Shown here one piece after another: positions 59,697 to 64,000 of a DNA stretch of 64,000 nt. Position numbers and translations under genes: made by a program. Origin of the DNA: an uncultured bacterium (lineage in GTDB: Bacteria; Fidelibacterota; Marinisomatia; Marinisomatales; UBA1611); the NCBI GenBank assembly GCA_943788175.1, contig CALSPG010000001.1:32001-96000 (forward strand), written 5' to 3'. Under the pieces are notes generated by a model. It did no database searches. It saw only the letters and a program-made list of their open reading frames with translations, and was not told the origin of the DNA. How positions within the stretch are numbered: the first letter of the stretch is position 1; every line of letters starts with the position of its first letter.

Positions 59697-61417
59697 TGGC
59701 TAGTGATTTTAATCCGCAATTTCAAAAAATTGGTGAAATTTTAATTCATGCCTCAAAAATTGATGAAAGCAAATTAAATAGTGCGTTAGCTGAACAAAAA
59801 AAGACGAATGAAAAATTAGGGCAAGTTTTGATTTCGATGGGGTCTATTGATGAAGATGATTTTATTACAGCTTACTCAATGCAAATGGGATATCGTAAAG
59901 CAGATAATTTTTTGCTTTTAGAAGCGGATCAAGATGCAGTTGGTTTAATACCTGAAGATTTTGCTAGATCTAATTCAGTTTTAGCAGTAAAAAGATCAGA
60001 TAGTGCTGTTACGATAGTGATGGAAGATCCTGAGGATATTGCCACGATAGATTCAGTGAAACGTTTAACTGGCCTAGAGCCCGACATTGTTGTCGCTGGT
60101 TTTGATTTAATTAATAAAGCGATGGATCAACTTTATGGCGAAATTACACAAGCGGGTAAAGTTGAAGAGGCTATACAAGGCATTACTGTTATTTCAGGAG
60201 ATGAAGATTCAGCAGAAGAGGTAGACCTCTCCCCAGAGAATGCTAGCGATGAAGATGCTCCAATAGTAAAGCTAGTTAATTTAATCCTGCAGGAAGCAAT
60301 AAAAGAGCGTGCTACAGATATCCACGTTGAACCGCAAGAGAGCAAAGTAAATGTGAGAATACGTATTGATGGTGTTCTTCAAATTATTATGACTCCACCG
60401 TCAACTTCTCTCAGCGGCTTAGTTACAAGAATAAAAATATTGTCAAAACTTAATATAGCAGAAAAAAGATTACCGCAAGATGGTAGGTTTTCTATCAAGA
60501 CAGCAGCAAAAGATTTAGATGTTCGTGTGTCTATTTTACCTACAGTGCATGGGGAAAAAATTGTAATGAGGTTGCTAGATAAAAGTGGATTTGATTTTAA
60601 TCTTACAACATTGGGTTTTCCTAAAAAGAATCTAAGCATCTTTAAAAAAGTTATTAGTCAACCTTATGGTATGGTCGTTGTATCGGGACCGACAGGTTCT
60701 GGAAAATCAACTTCTTTATACGCTGCACTTAAGCAAATAAAAGATGAAAAAACAAATATTATTACCGTTGAAGATCCTGTTGAATATCAACTTGATGGTA
60801 TTACTCAAGTCCAGATTTTTGAAGATATCGGTCTCACCTTTGGTTCTTCGTTGCGATCAATCTTGCGTCAAGATCCAGATGTATTATTGATTGGTGAGAT
60901 AAGAGATGAAGAGACAGCGGATATTGCTGTTAAGTTTTCTTTAACAGGTCATTTGGTCTTTTCAACTGTTCACGCAAATGATGCTCCAGGTACTTTAACA
61001 AGATTGCTAGATATTGGAATTGCCCCATTTTTGGTAGGATCATGCTTGAACTTAGTTATGGCTCAAAGATTGGTCAGAAAGTTATGTGATAAATGCAAAG
61101 AATCATATGCTCCTACGGCTGATGAACTAGCATTGATTGGATTAGAAACCAAAGATGTAAAAGGAGAGCTTAATAAAGCAAAAGGTTGCGCCGATTGCAG
61201 AAATACTGGCTATCGAGGAAGAACAGCTATCTTCGAAATGATTCCTATGGCAAGAGAATTAAGAAAACTTGTTTTTGATAGTGCAAATGAAGACGAGATA
61301 AGGCAGGCGGCTATTAAAAATGGCATGGTAACACTTCGAGACGCTGGTAATGAAAGAGTCCTAGATGGCACTACTAGTGTTGAAGAAGTGTTGAGGTCAA
61401 CTGTCGAGGATTTATAG
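59696..61417 (+). CDS. pilB: Type IV pilus extension ATPase (PilB/GspE family)
   Basis: ATDIHVEP, RLPQDGR, GPTGSGKS, LRQDPDVLLIGEIRD, CxxC...CxxC, GYRGR; MshEN-like N-terminus. Confidence 0.93.
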   Translation: MASDFNPQFQKIGEILIHASKIDESKLNSALAEQKKTNEKLGQVLISMGSIDEDDFITAYSMQMGYRKADNFLLLEADQDAVGLIPEDFARSNSVLAVKRSDSAVTIVMEDPEDIATIDSVKRLTGLEPDIVVAGFDLINKAMDQLYGEITQAGKVEEAIQGITVISGDEDSAEEVDLSPENASDEDAPIVKLVNLILQEAIKERATDIHVEPQESKVNVRIRIDGVLQIIMTPPSTSLSGLVTRIKILSKLNIAEKRLPQDGRFSIKTAAKDLDVRVSILPTVHGEKIVMRLLDKSGFDFNLTTLGFPKKNLSIFKKVISQPYGMVVVSGPTGSGKSTSLYAALKQIKDEKTNIITVEDPVEYQLDGITQVQIFEDIGLTFGSSLRSILRQDPDVLLIGEIRDEETADIAVKFSLTGHLVFSTVHANDAPGTLTRLLDIGIAPFLVGSCLNLVMAQRLVRKLCDKCKESYAPTADELALIGLETKDVKGELNKAKGCADCRNTGYRGRTAIFEMIPMARELRKLVFDSANEDEIRQAAIKNGMVTLRDAGNERVLDGTTSVEEVLRSTVEDL

Positions 61418-62667
61418 TGAGCGTATTTCATTACTTAGTTAAAAATGATGAAGGCAGTAGGTCAGAGGGTGATATACGTGCTGAATCAATGGATTTAGCT
61501 ATCCAAAAGCTCACGTCGAATGGGCAGATAGTTATTACCTTAAAAGAGGTTGATACTACTTTTGATTTCTTAGGGCCATTTCTTGATGAAATCAATCTGA
61601 CTTTTGAAAGACTAAAAAATAGAGTACCTTTAGCAAATATTGTATTTTTTACCAGGCAGCTGGCAACAATGTTTAGTGCGGGATTAACTCTTAGAAAGGG
61701 CTATAAGCGCTCTTTCTGTTGAAGAGAAGCACAAAAAGTTTAAAAAAATTCTTACTGAGGTAGGCTCAAGTATCCGTAAAGGATTAAATCTTTCTGAATC
61801 ATTATCTCGTCACCCAGGTGTTTTTAATAATCTTTTTGTTGCGATGACAAAAGCTGGTGAAGTAAGTGGAAATTTAAATGAGATCTTAGATCAACTGGCT
61901 TCATACCTTGAAAATCTTGATGATACACGAAGAAAAGTAAAAGGGGCAATGACGTATCCTATATTTATGGTCATTTTTCTAGGGTGCATGGTATTAGCAA
62001 TGTTTATTTGGATTATTCCAAAGTTTTCTGAAGTCTATTCTCAGCTTGGGGCTTCACTTCCTGGAGCGACTAAGAAAGATGATGGATGCTAGTGCCTGGG
62101 TAACTGAAAATTTAGGTTTTATGGTTTTTCAACTTTATTGTTGTGTTTTTGGTGGTCTTCTTAATTTCAAAAACCCAGCGAGGAGGATTCATTATTGACA
62201 CTGTTAAATTGAAAATCCCAGTGTTTGGAAGTCTACTTAATCAATCTATATTAAATAAATTTTGTAAAACCTTTGGAATCTTGATTGGTGCTGGTGTCCC
62301 TGTGCTTGAAGCAATGGCGCTATTAAAAAAAGTAGTTGGAAACAAAGTCTACGAAAAAGCAGTTCAAGATGCGTCTAATTACATTAGAGATGGTTACAAT
62401 ATTTCAACAGCGCTACGAAGAACTGAAGTTTTCCCGTCTATCTTGCTTCAACTTGTCTCTACAGGTGAAGAAACTGGGGAAATTGATGATTTACTTGATA
62501 GAGCAGCTGATTATTATCATAAACAGGTTAACGCTCTAGTAGAGCGTATGACTACTCTGATTGAGCCTCTTCTAATATTGATGGTGGGCGCTGTTATTGC
62601 TCTTATGGTTGTTCTTACTTATCTACCAGTCTTTCATCTTGGATCTGCATTGCAGTCGGGTTTGTAA
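61417..62667 (+). pseudogene. pilC: Platform protein PilC/GspF, interrupted by three +1 frameshifts (possible sequencing error)
   Basis: FTRQLATMFSAG, AGEVSGNL..IL, AMTYP, LP..T, GEETGE..., LIEP, YLPVF are spread over three frames. Repair gives about 415 aa. Confidence 0.85.
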
Positions 62668-62672
62668 TAAAA

Positions 62673-63320
62673 ATGTTAAATGTGTTTTTGATATTATGCA
62701 TCAGTTATATTTACGCAAGATCATTAAAATTTTCTATTAATTGGTTGAATGTTGATGGATTCTCTATTAGAAATAACGATTTCAAAATGGAGGCATTTTG
62801 CGCATTATCATGGTTGTGGGGTTCTTATGCATTGCCACCAATGGAAGCTGTGATTTTTAGCTTGCTTGCAGGGTTGCTGTTTGCAATTAGTTGGGTTGAT
62901 TTTTACACCTTTCAAATTCCACTTCTTTTCATTCTCGTCGGTTCTCTGATTGTTTTATATGGTGTTGTAAATGGGGTATTTCATTATAAGACTGCATTTT
63001 ATGGTGTTGTCGTTGGCTCCATTATACCCTTAGTATTGATTTGGCTTATTTTTCTTATTACGAAAAGACAAGGGATGGGTTATGGTGATATTCAACTTGG
63101 TTTTGTTTTAGGTATTTGGTTAGGTCCAATGAGAATGGCACTTACACTTTTTGGCGCATCATTATTAAGTTTAATTGTTTGGGTAATTATAGCTGTTATA
63201 AAAGGTTTTGATAGGAATAGAGCATTGCCGTTTGCGCCATATCTAGCAATTGCTTCTATTGCTATCTATATTGGAAGTTTCTATTTTCCTAACATATTTC
63301 ATTATTTAATATTTAATTAG
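62673..63320 (+). CDS. pilD: Prepilin peptidase A24, lacking the N-terminal Cys/Zn domain
   Basis: WVDFYTFQIP and GMGYGD catalytic Asp motifs, PFAPYL. No CxxC pairs. Confidence 0.82.
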   Translation: MLNVFLILCISYIYARSLKFSINWLNVDGFSIRNNDFKMEAFCALSWLWGSYALPPMEAVIFSLLAGLLFAISWVDFYTFQIPLLFILVGSLIVLYGVVNGVFHYKTAFYGVVVGSIIPLVLIWLIFLITKRQGMGYGDIQLGFVLGIWLGPMRMALTLFGASLLSLIVWVIIAVIKGFDRNRALPFAPYLAIASIAIYIGSFYFPNIFHYLIFN

Positions 63321-63332
63321 AGAGATTTTAAA

Positions 63333-64000
63333 ATGAAAATCAAATTTTTATCGTTTATATTTATTTTTTACACTGCTTTTGGTGCTGAAAATCTTACATC
63401 TATTTCAAAAGATCCAGGGTTTAAGTATCAAGTTAAAAACAATGGTAATGGTCTCATTACATACACCACGCCAGAATATGTTATTGATTCTAAAAATGAT
63501 ATTAATGGTAAAATTCTTAAAAAGCCTGTTTTTTCAAATTCTAGCCAAACTTCTGAGCCTGGAATGCCCGATCTGCCATCAAGCACAACATTTATCGCAG
63601 TTGACCCAAATAAAAATTACTCCATAGAAGTAACATATGGCTCTTCACGCTTTATTAATGACGTTGATATAGTCGCAAAAGGTTCTTGGGATAATAACGT
63701 AAATGAAGACGTAGTCTCAGAACCAAATTATTCTGATATTGATAATTATTATCCAGCTGACATCGCTTTGATATCTGAACCTATGGCTATGAGAGAATTA
63801 TCATTGCTTACATTAACAGTCTCGCCATTTCGGTATCATCCTGATCAAAAAATCTTAGAAGAATTTATTGATATTGAAATAGAATTAGTTGAGAACGGTA
63901 GTCGTGAATCTGCTCTGTTTCACCCTTCAAAACGATCAAGAGCTTTTGAACCATTATATAAATCAATGATTGCAAATTATTCTTCTTTAAACCGTGAAAG
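63333..64000 (+). CDS. Secreted C25 (gingipain-type) propeptide-domain protein, 3'-truncated by the window edge; missing from the ORF track
   Basis: Own translation MKIKFLSFIFIFYTAFGA...EPGMPDLP...YYP...EPMAMR...VSPFRYHP...FEPLYKSMIANY is open to the window end. Confidence 0.78.
   Translation, partial: MKIKFLSFIFIFYTAFGAENLTSISKDPGFKYQVKNNGNGLITYTTPEYVIDSKNDINGKILKKPVFSNSSQTSEPGMPDLPSSTTFIAVDPNKNYSIEVTYGSSRFINDVDIVAKGSWDNNVNEDVVSEPNYSDIDNYYPADIALISEPMAMRELSLLTLTVSPFRYHPDQKILEEFIDIEIELVENGSRESALFHPSKRSRAFEPLYKSMIANYSSLNRE

Noticed and set aside
48348-63320. Calling the cluster a type II secretion system
   Set aside because: A PilT with AIRNLIRE, a cytoplasmic PilM and a pilin-like major subunit favour a type IV pilus. 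A secretion role is not excluded.
1617-63627. Many short antisense or alternate-frame ORFs in the track (e.g. 1617-2033, 3666-4070, 24489-24902, 38931-39413, 57227-57583, 63379-63627)
   Set aside because: They lie within or across well-supported genes and have no motifs. 63379-63627 is a shadow of the real frame starting at 63333.
1-64000. CRISPR arrays, tRNA/rRNA, IS elements, prophage
   Set aside because: I saw no spaced direct repeats, cloverleafs, or transposase, integrase or phage genes by eye. tRNAscan or Infernal would be needed to exclude small RNAs.

Overview
AT-rich bacterial chromosome segment with about 55 protein-coding genes. I found no rRNA, tRNA, CRISPR array, transposase or integrase. 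The gene content suggests a marine FCB-group heterotroph such as Marinimicrobia/SAR406; this is inference from a DTE proteorhodopsin, four secreted proteins with a 'YPNPFN' C-terminal sorting domain, split pntA1/A2/B and low GC. Left to right: an oligosaccharide-type Opp/Dpp ABC transporter followed by a probable GH1 beta-glucosidase remnant; accessory genes (ArfB, GNAT, DoxX, AlkB alkane monooxygenase, MBL hydrolase, GH5 endoglucanase, Q105 blue-type proteorhodopsin, kynureninase, gamma-carbonic anhydrase); an iron-uptake locus (FTR1 permease, tiny acidic lipoprotein, FecA-like TonB-dependent receptor, DUF4856-like lipoprotein) with two near-identical Fur-like boxes and an unexplained 85-nt structured leader element; lipoproteins; transhydrogenase; three large secreted sorting-domain proteins including a multidomain M6 protease; a compact single-locus type IVa pilus-like system with a 747-aa PilX-like subunit, an Ig-like lipoprotein between pilQ and pilB, and a peptidase-only PilD; and the start of a C25 (gingipain-type) propeptide protein. 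Several genes, notably pilC, are broken by +1 frameshifts that may be sequencing errors. All family assignments come from reading motifs by eye, with no database search.
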